Shown here: piece by piece, positions 19,848 through 29,373 of the stretch | Layout of the letters: each line of letters opens with the position of its first letter | How positions within the stretch are numbered: the stretch's first letter is position 1 | NCBI GenBank assembly: GCA_963843145.1 | Contig: CAWJJC010000028.1 | Coordinates: 672,001 to 736,000, forward strand | From: an uncultured delta proteobacterium | Lineage (GTDB): Bacteria; Desulfobacterota; RBG-13-43-22 | DNA length: 64,000 nt | Direction: 5' to 3' | The notes under the pieces: model-generated | What the model saw: the letters and a program-made list of their open reading frames with translations, nothing else | Databases searched by the model: none | What the model was told of the DNA's origin: nothing | Made by a program: the position numbers and the translations under genes

Positions 19848-21065
19848 CTAGATATATTTCGCCAAATTCAAAGCGCTTCGGGAAACGCCGAGTTGCACCT
19901 GGGGTTGGACCAGTTCCTGGGGGGTCCAAAAAAAAGGAATGAAAAGCAGGTCCGTCCGGCACCCTTCCGCCAGGGAGTCCGAAATCAGATCCGGAAGGGC
20001 CTCAGGATCCCTGGTCAGCGTGGACCAGATCAGGGGGACCACTTCACGGGCCTCTTCGGCCGGGAGCGTGACCGGGTGGAAAGAGCCCGGCAAGCGGGGG
20101 AGTTCAACGGGCAGGCCCGCGGTTTGGGCCTGAGACATTCTTTTTCCTAAAAGAAAAAAGAGCCGGGGGGCTATTTTGAAAGCCGGCAGCCAATAAACAG
20201 GGAAAGGGCCCCCCTGTTGCATAATCTTATAAGCCATCGTCCCGGGCAAGAGGGTGAACCTCCAGAAGGGTAAATAGAAAAGACCTTCGGGAATACCCGG
20301 GGCCTTGATGACCTCGTAGCCGATCTTCTTAAAGCCCTTTCCGCCGGGTTCCCAGGCCGAATCGCATTGAGGGCAGAAGAGGATACAGCTTTCATTTTCC
20401 GCCTCCAGATCCCATCCGCAATCGGGGCAGACCACCGGCAGAAAAGAGACCTTCCAGGAATAGTCACCATCGATGAGGGGCTGGGCAAAGAAGGGTTCCT
20501 TCTCTGCCGGTTGAATCGGTTGGTTCAAAACCGCATCGAACCAGTGGGACGACCTCCGGTAAAAAGGGGCGTAGATTACACTTTTCACCTCGCCGACATA
20601 GGCCCGGTCCTCAATAGCGGATGTCCGGGAAAAGGGTAGGGAAGAGGGTAGGGAAGATGATCCCGTCAGTACCGGAAAGCGTTGGAAGTCGAAAATATCC
20701 TGGTCGGCAGTCAGGCATCTTTCCCCTCGATTGAAGAGGGCCGGGCGCAGGTGCATTGCTTGGGGGCGCATTCCGAGTGAGCAGGGGAAAGGAATCTTCT
20801 TCAGGGCGAGAAAATTGTGGTCTATTACTTTGGAATCGACGGTCGGCCAGAGAAGATGGAAGAACATTCCTCGAAGTCGACCATAAGGCACAAAGAGAAT
20901 CTGGTCCGAGTCCGCTAAACGGGGATCCGGGGAAAGGCAGTAGCGAAAGTAGTCTTCCGGAACCAGGCAATTGCTGACCCGGCAGTAAGGGCAGGTCAAA
21001 ATCCGATCGGTTTCATTGATAACGGTCGGGGCGCCGCACTGGGGACAGGAATAGTCAATTTTCAT
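19848..21065 (-). CDS. Hypothetical protein with two zinc-ribbon modules
   Basis: CPQCGA..CPYC at N-terminus; CPDCGWDL..CPQC internally. Confidence 0.75.
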   Translation of the reverse strand: MKIDYSCPQCGAPTVINETDRILTCPYCRVSNCLVPEDYFRYCLSPDPRLADSDQILFVPYGRLRGMFFHLLWPTVDSKVIDHNFLALKKIPFPCSLGMRPQAMHLRPALFNRGERCLTADQDIFDFQRFPVLTGSSSLPSSLPFSRTSAIEDRAYVGEVKSVIYAPFYRRSSHWFDAVLNQPIQPAEKEPFFAQPLIDGDYSWKVSFLPVVCPDCGWDLEAENESCILFCPQCDSAWEPGGKGFKKIGYEVIKAPGIPEGLFYLPFWRFTLLPGTMAYKIMQQGGPFPVYWLPAFKIAPRLFFLLGKRMSQAQTAGLPVELPRLPGSFHPVTLPAEEAREVVPLIWSTLTRDPEALPDLISDSLAEGCRTDLLFIPFFWTPQELVQPQVQLGVSRSALNLAKYI

Positions 21066-21110
21066 TTGAATATCCAATATCCAAGTGGGATTCAGGTTCA
21101 GCTCCACTTT

Positions 21111-21311
21111 CTAAGGGTTTAGGGAAATTTTTTCCCCGCACTGATTGCAGTGAACGGATCCCGGTAGATTTTCAGCCTGACAATGGGGACATTTCAATGG
21201 CCCCGGGGGAGTATCGACCGGTTGGCCGCAGCGGGGACAAAAGCGGTCTTGGGGGGTCAAGTTCTTAAAGCAGTGCGGGCACTGCTGAAGGACCAACATT
21301 GGAGAATTCAT
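21111..21311 (-). CDS. Double zinc ribbon protein (possibly a C-terminal remnant)
   Basis: CPHC..FCPRCG..CPHC..CNQCG. Confidence 0.65.
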   Translation of the reverse strand: MNSPMLVLQQCPHCFKNLTPQDRFCPRCGQPVDTPPGPLKCPHCQAENLPGSVHCNQCGEKISLNP

Positions 21312-21644
21312 CGGTTTTAAGGGTCCAGGTCTTTAACGGTGGTTGCCTGAGGCGGTTCCCCCTAGGGGGCTTCTAGGGTCGGACTGGGAGGCATCAGCAT
21401 CTGAGGACTGTGGTATTGTTTTAAATAATATTAGCAAGTTAGGCTCGAATTCGAACTCCGGACCATCTTGGGAAAACCGGTCGCCGAGACCCGGCGGCCA
21501 GATCAGATTAGCGGGGATACCCATCCTAAAAGGGCGGACAACATTAATACGATATCGATCGCTCGCGGTCTTGACGTCGGTAATGAGGCGCTGGTGGGGG
21601 ACCATTAAATGTCCGCTGTTGCCGGACAGAAGATAAAAATAAAC

Positions 21645-21673
21645 TTGCCAAAAAAGTTATAATGACGTAAAAT
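21645..21673 (+). promoter_or_regulatory. sigma70-type promoter of the rpsB operon
   Basis: TTGCCA-17 nt-TAAAAT. Confidence 0.7.
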
Positions 21674-21693
21674 ATAAAATTTATTATATTTCT

Positions 21694-21775
21694 CACGCTT
21701 TTTCCCGCCCCGAGGGTGCTTAAAATAGGGGGAAAACCGGGAAAAGCGGCGGAAAAAACCCTAAAGGAGGAATCG
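21694..21775 (+). promoter_or_regulatory. Structured rpsB 5' leader (candidate S2 autoregulation site)
   Basis: CGCTTTTTCCCG/CGGGAAAAGCG stem enclosing GGGTGC, then AAGGAGG RBS. Confidence 0.6.
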
Positions 21776-22630
21776 ATGTCGTATCTGTCCATGAAGCAAT
21801 TGCTGGAGGCCGGGGTCCACTTTGGTCATCAAACCAAACGCTGGAACCCCAAGATGAAACCTTATATTTACGGGGCCCGGAATGGGATCTATATTATTGA
21901 TCTCCAAAAAACGGTCAACCTTTTTAAAACCGCCTATGAATTCATCGCGGATTGCGTGGCCCAGGGCGGGTCGGTTATTTTCGTCGGGACCAAGAAACAG
22001 GCGCAGGAATCGATTAAGGAGGAGACCGAGCGCTGCGCGATGTTTTATGTCAATCACCGCTGGTTGGGGGGCACCTTAACCAATTTTGTTACCATTCGCA
22101 AAGGGATCGAACGCTTGAAATACCTGGAAGGGATCATCGCCGACGGCAGCGTGCAGAAATTTACCAAAAAGGAAGCCTTGAACCTGGACCGGGAGCGGGA
22201 AAAACTGGAACGTAACTTGGGGGGCATCAAAGAGATGCAGGTCCTGCCTAAAGCCATGTTTGTCATCGATCCCCACAAGGAACGGATCGCGGTGCTGGAA
22301 GCTCGGAAATTAGGTATCCCTTTGGTGTCCATCGTGGATACCAACTGCGATCCCGATGAAATTGATTATATTATTCCGGGCAATGACGATGCCATTCGAG
22401 CGATTCGCCTGGTTACCGCCAAAATGGCCGATGCCTGTCTGGAAGGTAAGAAACGAATGGAAGAAAACCTCCAAGCCCAGATCGACAAGGAGGGTTTAGA
22501 GAAGGAGGAGTTACCTGAACCCGAGACGAAAATCCCGGAACCCGAAATCCGCAAGGAAGCCGGTGGTCCCGAGGTGATTATCATCCGCCGCTTGGAAGAG
22601 ACTACGAATCAGGGAGGTACGGAAAGTTGA
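21776..22630 (+). CDS. rpsB: 30S ribosomal protein S2
   Basis: [34 protein letters not shown]. Confidence 0.98.
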   Translation: MSYLSMKQLLEAGVHFGHQTKRWNPKMKPYIYGARNGIYIIDLQKTVNLFKTAYEFIADCVAQGGSVIFVGTKKQAQESIKEETERCAMFYVNHRWLGGTLTNFVTIRKGIERLKYLEGIIADGSVQKFTKKEALNLDREREKLERNLGGIKEMQVLPKAMFVIDPHKERIAVLEARKLGIPLVSIVDTNCDPDEIDYIIPGNDDAIRAIRLVTAKMADACLEGKKRMEENLQAQIDKEGLEKEELPEPETKIPEPEIRKEAGGPEVIIIRRLEETTNQGGTES

Positions 22631-23226
22631 ACATTACACCAGAATTAGTCAAAACCCTGCGGGAGAAGACCCAGGCCGGGATCATGGACTGCAAAGCGGC
22701 CTTGAAGGAGGCCGAAGGCGATATGGAAAAAGCGGTGGAGCACCTGCGCAAGAAAGGTTTGGCCACCGCGCAGAAACGGGCCGGCCGGGCCACTTCCCAG
22801 GGGCAAATCGGCGCCTACATCCATGCCGGAGGGAAGATGGGGGTCATGGTGGAGGTGAACTGCGAAACCGATTTTGTGGGCCGCACCGACCAATTCGGTG
22901 AATTCGTGCATAACATCGCCATGCATATCGCCGCCGCCAACCCGGTTTGTGTCCGCCGGGAAGAAATGCCGTCTGCGGTAGTCGAAAAGGAAAAGGAAAT
23001 CTACCGAGCCCAAGCCCAGGAGACCGGCAAACCGGAGAAGGTGATTGAAAAGATCGTGGAGGGCAAGGTAGATAAATTTTTTAAGGACTCCTGTTTGCTG
23101 GAGCAGGCCTATGTCAAGAATCCGGATATTACCATTACGGATTACCTCAATGACACGATTGCCCAGACCGGTGAAAGTATCACCATCCGCCGCTTCGCCC
23201 GATTCGTTTTGGGGGAAGAAGCTTAA
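22627..23226 (+). CDS. tsf: Elongation factor Ts (short form)
   Basis: [23 protein letters not shown]; TTG start. Confidence 0.97.
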   Translation: MNITPELVKTLREKTQAGIMDCKAALKEAEGDMEKAVEHLRKKGLATAQKRAGRATSQGQIGAYIHAGGKMGVMVEVNCETDFVGRTDQFGEFVHNIAMHIAAANPVCVRREEMPSAVVEKEKEIYRAQAQETGKPEKVIEKIVEGKVDKFFKDSCLLEQAYVKNPDITITDYLNDTIAQTGESITIRRFARFVLGEEA

Positions 23227-23229
23227 GGA

Positions 23230-23958
23230 GTGTCCATGGCCGGGACCCGGAAAAAATTTACACGAGTGCTTTTGAAGATGAGCGGTGAAGCCCTGGCCGG
23301 TGATCGGGGTTACGGACTTGACGTCCGGGTGGTGAATAAGATCGCGCAAGAGATCAAGGAAGTGACGGCTCTGGGGACCCGTTTAGGCATCGTGGTCGGC
23401 GGGGGAAATATCTTTCGGGGGGTGGCGGCCAGTGCCCGGGGGATGGATCGGATTCAGGCCGATTACCTGGGCATGCTGGCTACCCTCTTTAACGCGGTAG
23501 CCATCCGGGAGACATTGCTGACCTTTAAGGTGCCGGCGATCGTCCTGTCTTCTCTGCCCATCCCGGCCCTGGCCGAGACCTACTACCCTCAGGTTGGCCG
23601 GGCGGAATTGGATCAAGGCAAGGTTTTGCTGCTGGCCGCCGGAACGGGCAATCCTTATTTTACTACCGACACGGCAGCGGCCTTACGAGCGGCCGAATTG
23701 GGGGCTCAGGTCATCCTGAAAGCCACGCAGGTGGACGGTGTCTATGACGACGATCCCCGGATCAACCCCCAGGCCAAGCTGTATCAGGAAATGAATTATG
23801 ACCGGTATCTCCAGGGACGACTGGAGGTGATGGACGCTACGGCCGTTTCCCTGGCCCGTGAAAACCGGATACCCATAATCGTGTTTAACGGGATGGTCAA
23901 GGGAAACTTGAAAAAAATCATCACCGGCGCTAAAGTCGGGACCATCATCAAGGGGTGA
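23230..23958 (+). CDS. pyrH: UMP kinase
   Basis: LLKMSGEAL, GGGNIFRG, GNPYFTTD, VMDATA. Confidence 0.97.
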   Translation: MSMAGTRKKFTRVLLKMSGEALAGDRGYGLDVRVVNKIAQEIKEVTALGTRLGIVVGGGNIFRGVAASARGMDRIQADYLGMLATLFNAVAIRETLLTFKVPAIVLSSLPIPALAETYYPQVGRAELDQGKVLLLAAGTGNPYFTTDTAAALRAAELGAQVILKATQVDGVYDDDPRINPQAKLYQEMNYDRYLQGRLEVMDATAVSLARENRIPIIVFNGMVKGNLKKIITGAKVGTIIKG

Positions 23959-23962
23959 AGGC

Positions 23963-24127
23963 TGATGGACTCGCCAAGAGTCGGTCAGCAGCCCGAGCGC
24001 GAATGAGCGCCGGGCTGGGGTGGGGGTGGAACCATTTGAATTCACTTCCAATGGCGGGGGAGTCACGCCTTAGGCGTGATCCCCCGCCGAGCAGAAAGTC
24101 GTTTTTTGACTTTTTGCGAGGTTATCA
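23963..24127. mobile_element. MITE-like element between pyrH and frr
   Basis: Imperfect terminal IR TGATGGACTCGCCAAGAGTC / GACTTTTTGCGAGGTTATCA; internal hairpin 24053-24088. Confidence 0.65.
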
Positions 24128-24130
24128 AAT

Positions 24131-24688
24131 ATGATCGAAAAAGTATACCAAGAGACCAGGGATAAAATGGAAAAGGCCCTGGAGGCCCTGAAAAAAGAGT
24201 TAAACCGGGTTCGAACCGGCCGGGCCACACCGGCCATTTTGGATGGGATTCGGGTGGTCTATTACGGGAGCCCGGTTCCGCTGAATCAAGTGGCTTCCGT
24301 GGCGGTGCCGGACAGCCGTCAGATTACCATTCAGCCTTGGGACCTCAAGGCCATCGGGGATATTGAAAAAGCTATTCTCAAATCGGAGTTGGGGTTGAAC
24401 CCGATCAATGACGGTAAAATCATCCGGATCAATATCCCCAGTCTGACCGAGGAACGCCGGCGGGATCTGGTTAAAGTGACCAAAAAGATGACTGAAGAAG
24501 CCCGTGTGGTTTCGCGCAATATCCGGCGGGAGGCCAACGAAGCCCTAAAGTCCTTGAAGAAGGACAAGGCCATTTCTGAAGACGACCTTTTTAAGGCGCA
24601 GGATGAGGTGCAAAAAATCACCAAAGAAACTATTGAACGGGTCGATAAGATCGGGGAAGAGAAAGAAAAAGAGATCATGCAGTTTTAA
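24131..24688 (+). CDS. frr: Ribosome recycling factor
   Basis: RTGRA, YYG.., LTEERR, RNIRR. Confidence 0.98.
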   Translation: MIEKVYQETRDKMEKALEALKKELNRVRTGRATPAILDGIRVVYYGSPVPLNQVASVAVPDSRQITIQPWDLKAIGDIEKAILKSELGLNPINDGKIIRINIPSLTEERRRDLVKVTKKMTEEARVVSRNIRREANEALKSLKKDKAISEDDLFKAQDEVQKITKETIERVDKIGEEKEKEIMQF

Positions 24689-24715
24689 TTTCTTTCCGAG
24701 TGGGGTGTTCCTTCC

Positions 24716-25477
24716 TTGCCAAAGATCGATCCGGAAAAATTGCCCAGACACATTGCCGTCATCATGGACGGTAATGGACGCTGGGCCCAACAACGTGCTC
24801 TGCCCAGGATAGCCGGCCACCGGGCCGGGGTGGAGGCCGTACGCCAGACCGTCGAGACCTGCCGGGAATTAGGTGTTTCGGTTTTGACCCTGTACGCTTT
24901 TTCCAGGGAAAACTGGCAGCGCCCCAAGTGGGAAGTCAAGGCCCTCATGGGACTCCTCTCTCAATACCTGCGTTCCGAAATAAAAAAACTGAAGCAAAAC
25001 GACATTTCTTTGAGGGCCATCGGGAATCTGAGCCAGCTTCCCGACAAGGTCCGCGAGCTCCTGGCCCGGGCGGGCGAGCAAACCGCGGCCTGTCGGACTA
25101 TGGTTTTGAATCTGGCCCTCAGTTACAGCGGGCGCTCGGAAATCATCCAGGCGGTCCGGAACCTGGTCCAGGATGTGCGGCTGGGAAAGGTGGATGCCGA
25201 GGAGATCGACGAAGTGCTATTTGAAAAGTACCTTTACACCCGGGGGTTGCCCGATCCGGACCTGTTGATCCGAACCAGCGGGGAATACCGACTCAGCGAT
25301 TTTCTGATCTATCAACTGGCCTATGCCGAAATTTACGTCACCAAAACCCTCTGGCCCGATTTCCGGAAAAAGGACCTGGTAGCCGCGATCAGCGAATACC
25401 AAAACCGGGAACGAAGATTCGGGTTGACCGGAGAACAAATTCGACGGCAGAATAATCTCTCCGCCATACGGTCCTGA
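24716..25477 (+). CDS. uppS: Undecaprenyl diphosphate synthase
   Basis: HIAVIMDGNGRWA, YAFSRENW, DLLIRTSGE, RRFG. Confidence 0.97.
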   Translation: MPKIDPEKLPRHIAVIMDGNGRWAQQRALPRIAGHRAGVEAVRQTVETCRELGVSVLTLYAFSRENWQRPKWEVKALMGLLSQYLRSEIKKLKQNDISLRAIGNLSQLPDKVRELLARAGEQTAACRTMVLNLALSYSGRSEIIQAVRNLVQDVRLGKVDAEEIDEVLFEKYLYTRGLPDPDLLIRTSGEYRLSDFLIYQLAYAEIYVTKTLWPDFRKKDLVAAISEYQNRERRFGLTGEQIRRQNNLSAIRS

Positions 25478-25487
25478 GGGAACGGTT

Positions 25488-26306
25488 TTGGGCGCCTCCC
25501 TTTCGTCCCACTTTCAGCGCTTTCTCACCGCTGCCATCATCATCCCTTTCCTCTTCGCCTATATCGTCTGGGGTGGACCGCTGCTTTTCGCCCTGCTGAT
25601 TTGGGTCGGCTTGCTGGTGGGGACCTATGAATACGTCCATCTGATGGGGGCGGGGTGGAAATACCGGGAGGTCGGCTTGCACGGGATCCTGGGAACTATC
25701 GCTTTGACAGGCGCCTATTTCCTCGGGTTGGAAGGTCTTTTCGGGGCCTTGATTTTCAATTTTATGGTCCTGATTATTTATCTCGTCCTGACTTTCAAGG
25801 AAAGCGATCTGTTTTTTGACCATCTGGGAAGACAGCTTTTCGCATTATGTTATCTGCCCCTCTTTCTTCCTTTCTTTATCCTCCTGCGAGGAGGCCCGCA
25901 GGGGATCCACTGGATTTTTTTTCTGCTGGCGGTGAATTATGCCGGTGATACGGCCGCCTATTACACGGGCCGGACCTTTGGCCGGAATAAATTGGCCCCG
26001 GCGGTCAGTCCCAAAAAAACCAGGGAAGGATCCATCGGCGGATTGGCTGCCAATGTTTTGGTGGCCTGGATTTTCCAGCAGACGCTTTTTAATTCGCTTC
26101 CCGCCGGAGAGATGATTCTGCTGGGCCTGACCGTGGGGATACTCAGCCAGTTCGGCGATTTGCTGGAATCCATGATCAAAAGGTCTTCCAGGGTCAAGGA
26201 CTCCGGAAATCTTTTTCCGGGGCATGGAGGGTTATTGGACCGAGTGGACAGCCTGCTCTTGCCGGCCCCCGTGATTTATTTTTTTCTTCGAGTCTGGCAC
26301 GGATGA
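25488..26306 (+). CDS. cdsA: Phosphatidate cytidylyltransferase
   Basis: SPKKT.EG, GDLLES, KDSG..PGHGG.LDR.D. Confidence 0.96.
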   Translation: MGASLSSHFQRFLTAAIIIPFLFAYIVWGGPLLFALLIWVGLLVGTYEYVHLMGAGWKYREVGLHGILGTIALTGAYFLGLEGLFGALIFNFMVLIIYLVLTFKESDLFFDHLGRQLFALCYLPLFLPFFILLRGGPQGIHWIFFLLAVNYAGDTAAYYTGRTFGRNKLAPAVSPKKTREGSIGGLAANVLVAWIFQQTLFNSLPAGEMILLGLTVGILSQFGDLLESMIKRSSRVKDSGNLFPGHGGLLDRVDSLLLPAPVIYFFLRVWHG

Positions 26307-27490
26307 GCTATCCGATGAACGCTCCCAAGATCATCGCCCTGTTAGGCAGCACCGGTTCTATCGGAACCCAAGCATTGGAATTGGTTAAACAATTTCCTGA
26401 AAGATTTTCGGTTTGCGGATTAGTGGCCGGGAGAAATGTCTCCCTGCTCCAAAAACAAATCGAAATCTTCAGACCCCGCTGGGTTTCGGTGGCCACCGAG
26501 GAGGAAGCCCTTGCCCTGCATCAGGGCCGGGACCTTGGCTACACCCCGGATCGGATTTTGTGGGGTTTGGAAGGACATGATCAAATCGCTTCCATGGAGG
26601 AGGCTGAATTGGTTGTGTCGGCCCTGGTAGGGTCCGTGGGCCTGCGGCCCACTCTGGCGGCTATTCAGGCCGGGAAGGACGTGGCCTTGGCCAACAAGGA
26701 AACCCTGGTCATGGCCGGTCCCCTGGTCATGGCCGAAGCGCGTCGACAGGGAGTCCGGATACTGCCGGTGGACAGTGAACACAGCGCGATTTTTCAGGTG
26801 CTCCAGGGGCAGCGGCGGGAATTGGTCAAGCGAATCATTTTGACGGCTTCCGGCGGTCCCTTTCGGGACCGTCCGCCGGAACAAATGGATCGGATCACCC
26901 GGGAAGAGGCCTTGCGGCATCCGAATTGGAAGATGGGGCCTAAAATTTCCATCGATTCGGCCACCCTGATGAACAAGGGACTGGAAGTCATGGAGGCCCA
27001 ATGGTTGTTCGGTGTTCCCTTGGAACAAGTGGCCATTACCATCCATCCCCAGAGCATCATTCACTCGCTGGTGGAGTTTCGGGATGGGTCGATTCTGGCC
27101 CAAATGGGACTTCCGAACATGCGGGTGCCGATCGCCTATGCCTTAGCCTATCCTGATCGATTGCCGCTAAACCAGGACTCGCTCGATATGACCCAACTGG
27201 CCGGTTTGACTTTTTTTGACCCGGACCCGGATAGATTTCCGTGCCTGGGACTGGCCCTCAGGGCGGCCAGGACCGGGCAAAGCCTGCCGATTGTCTTGAA
27301 TGCCGCCAACGAGGTGGCGGTGGAGGCCTTCCTGCGGGGGGAGTTGCCTTTTTCGGGGATCCCGGAAGTTATTCGCCGAATTATGGATGAGCATGTTATA
27401 ATTGCCCCGGAAGGGCTGGAAGAGATCTTAGCCGTCGATCTTCGGACTCGAGGGGAAACGGCCGCCTGTATTTCAAGCTTAAGAGAATAA
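26303..27490 (+). CDS. dxr: 1-deoxy-D-xylulose 5-phosphate reductoisomerase
   Basis: LGSTGSIG, LANKE, PVDSEH, MGPKISIDSATLMNKGLE. Confidence 0.98.
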   Translation: MSYPMNAPKIIALLGSTGSIGTQALELVKQFPERFSVCGLVAGRNVSLLQKQIEIFRPRWVSVATEEEALALHQGRDLGYTPDRILWGLEGHDQIASMEEAELVVSALVGSVGLRPTLAAIQAGKDVALANKETLVMAGPLVMAEARRQGVRILPVDSEHSAIFQVLQGQRRELVKRIILTASGGPFRDRPPEQMDRITREEALRHPNWKMGPKISIDSATLMNKGLEVMEAQWLFGVPLEQVAITIHPQSIIHSLVEFRDGSILAQMGLPNMRVPIAYALAYPDRLPLNQDSLDMTQLAGLTFFDPDPDRFPCLGLALRAARTGQSLPIVLNAANEVAVEAFLRGELPFSGIPEVIRRIMDEHVIIAPEGLEEILAVDLRTRGETAACISSLRE

Positions 27491-27508
27491 AATTCCTAGG
27501 AATCGAGA

Positions 27509-28666
27509 GTGGAGTTTATGGAATCTTTTTTAGTGTTTTTAAGTGGATCGGCATCCGTCCTGGCCGGCGCCGTGCCGGTGGCGGGATGGGGGCAGTCTTT
27601 CCTGTTGAAAATCATCCCCTTTATCATCGTCCTGGGTCTCCTCATTTTTTGCCATGAACTGGGTCATTTCCTGGCCGCCAAAGCATTTGGAGTCAAGGTG
27701 ATTCGTTTTTCCTTCGGCCTGGGCCCGCGGCTGGTGGGGTTTAAATGGGGCGAAACCGATTATTGCCTTTCCGCCTTTCCCTTGGGCGGATTCGTCAAGA
27801 TGGTCGGAGAGGGGACCGATGAGGAGGTTTCTCCGGAAGAAGAGGAGCGCTCCTTTGCTCAAAAACCGATCTGGCAGAGAATAATCATCGTCTTCTGCGG
27901 TCCGTTGTTTAATTTTCTATTTGCTTTCATGGTGTTCTTTCTGGTTTTTCTGGCTATGGGGCAGATGTCGTTGACCAATGAAATCGGTGAGGTCAAGAAA
28001 GGGTATCCCGCTGAGCAGGCCGGATTGCGCCCCGGGGACAAGATCGTTCAAATCGCCGGAAAGCCGATCAGCGGTTGGAAAGAACTGCCGGAAACGATTC
28101 GAAAACACCCCCAACAGCCCCTCGCGGTCGTTTATGAACGAGGAAATCAGCGGTTTGAAGTCACTGTCACCCCCATTAAAAGTCCGGTAAAAAATATTTT
28201 TGGCGAGGAGGTCCAGGAGGCGGTCATCGGGATAACCCCGGCCGGGAAAATGATTAACCAGCACTTGACGCTTTTCGAATCCCTCCGGGATGGCGGGATC
28301 CAAACCTGGAATATCTCCAAATTGACCGTTACCAGCCTGGTCATGCTGGTTCAGCGGCGATTGCCTTTGGAAACCCTGGGCGGGCCCATTTTCATTGCCC
28401 AGTTAGCCGGCCAACAGGCCCAGGAAGGTTGGGTCAATCTGATTTTTTTTACGGCCTTACTGAGTATCAATTTGGGGATTTTGAATCTGTTGCCTATTCC
28501 CATATTGGATGGCGGTCACATTTTCTTCTTTCTAGTGGAATCCATTCTTCGCCGGCCATTGAGCCTGAAGTCCAGGGAGGTCGCCCAGCAGGTGGGGATG
28601 TTCGTCTTGATCCTGCTCATGGTCTTCGTGTTCTATAATGACTTGATCCGTCTTTTTAATAAATGA
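27509..28666 (+). CDS. rseP: RIP metalloprotease RseP
   Basis: HELGH, PLGGFV, PDZ segment, NLLPIPILDGG. Confidence 0.96.
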   Translation: MEFMESFLVFLSGSASVLAGAVPVAGWGQSFLLKIIPFIIVLGLLIFCHELGHFLAAKAFGVKVIRFSFGLGPRLVGFKWGETDYCLSAFPLGGFVKMVGEGTDEEVSPEEEERSFAQKPIWQRIIIVFCGPLFNFLFAFMVFFLVFLAMGQMSLTNEIGEVKKGYPAEQAGLRPGDKIVQIAGKPISGWKELPETIRKHPQQPLAVVYERGNQRFEVTVTPIKSPVKNIFGEEVQEAVIGITPAGKMINQHLTLFESLRDGGIQTWNISKLTVTSLVMLVQRRLPLETLGGPIFIAQLAGQQAQEGWVNLIFFTALLSINLGILNLLPIPILDGGHIFFFLVESILRRPLSLKSREVAQQVGMFVLILLMVFVFYNDLIRLFNK

Positions 28667-29373
28667 GAGTTCTGGCCCTCGACACCGCCAGCGAAATGGG
28701 GGCGATCGCCCTGGTGAAAGAGGATAGGCTCTTGGCCGAGATCCGGCTTCGGGTCGAAAAGACCCATTCTCGAAACCTTTGGAGAACCATTCATTTTCTC
28801 TTGGCGGAAACCGGCTGGGGATTGGAGCAGGTTGACCTCTGGGCCGTTTCCACCGGACCGGGAAGTTTCACCGGGGTACGGATCGGTCTGGCGACCGTCA
28901 AGGGACTGGCCTGGGTAACCCAAAAACCGGTGATCGGGGTTTCGACCTTGGACGTCCTGGCTTGGTCCGCGACCCCTACCCCTTATTTGATCTGCCCGAT
29001 CCTGGATGCGCGCCGCCAGGAAGTATATTTTGCCTTTTATCGCGCTACTCCGACGGGAGCGGTACTGATGGTCCGGGAACCGGGGCATTTAAAGCCCCTG
29101 GCTTTGGTGCAGGAGATTCAGGAACCGACCGTTTTTTTAGGGAACGGGGTGCGGCGCTATCGGGAAATATTGAGAGAACACCTAGGACCTCGGGCCCGGC
29201 TGGCGGAGGTCTGGAGCCATCCTCGTTCCGGCTTTGCCCTGGCGGCGATCGCGCAAAGACGGTTCCTGGGGGGGGAAGGCCAAAGTGCCGGGGAAATCAC
29301 CCCTTTCTACCTTCGTTCCGCCGATGCGGTCTTGAAGCCCAAGGAATCGCCTGGTAAAAAACCATGCGTCTGA
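28663..29373 (+). CDS. tsaB: t6A biosynthesis protein TsaB
   Basis: LALDTA, GPGSFTGVRIG, DARR.EVY, PFYLR. Confidence 0.95.
   Translation: MRVLALDTASEMGAIALVKEDRLLAEIRLRVEKTHSRNLWRTIHFLLAETGWGLEQVDLWAVSTGPGSFTGVRIGLATVKGLAWVTQKPVIGVSTLDVLAWSATPTPYLICPILDARRQEVYFAFYRATPTGAVLMVREPGHLKPLALVQEIQEPTVFLGNGVRRYREILREHLGPRARLAEVWSHPRSGFALAAIAQRRFLGGEGQSAGEITPFYLRSADAVLKPKESPGKKPCV

Noticed and set aside
21111-21605. 90-aa ORF in frame with the zinc-ribbon ORF across a TAA at 21333-21335
   Set aside because: The upstream peptide has no recognisable motif; TAA read-through is not supported and in-frame phase can be chance.
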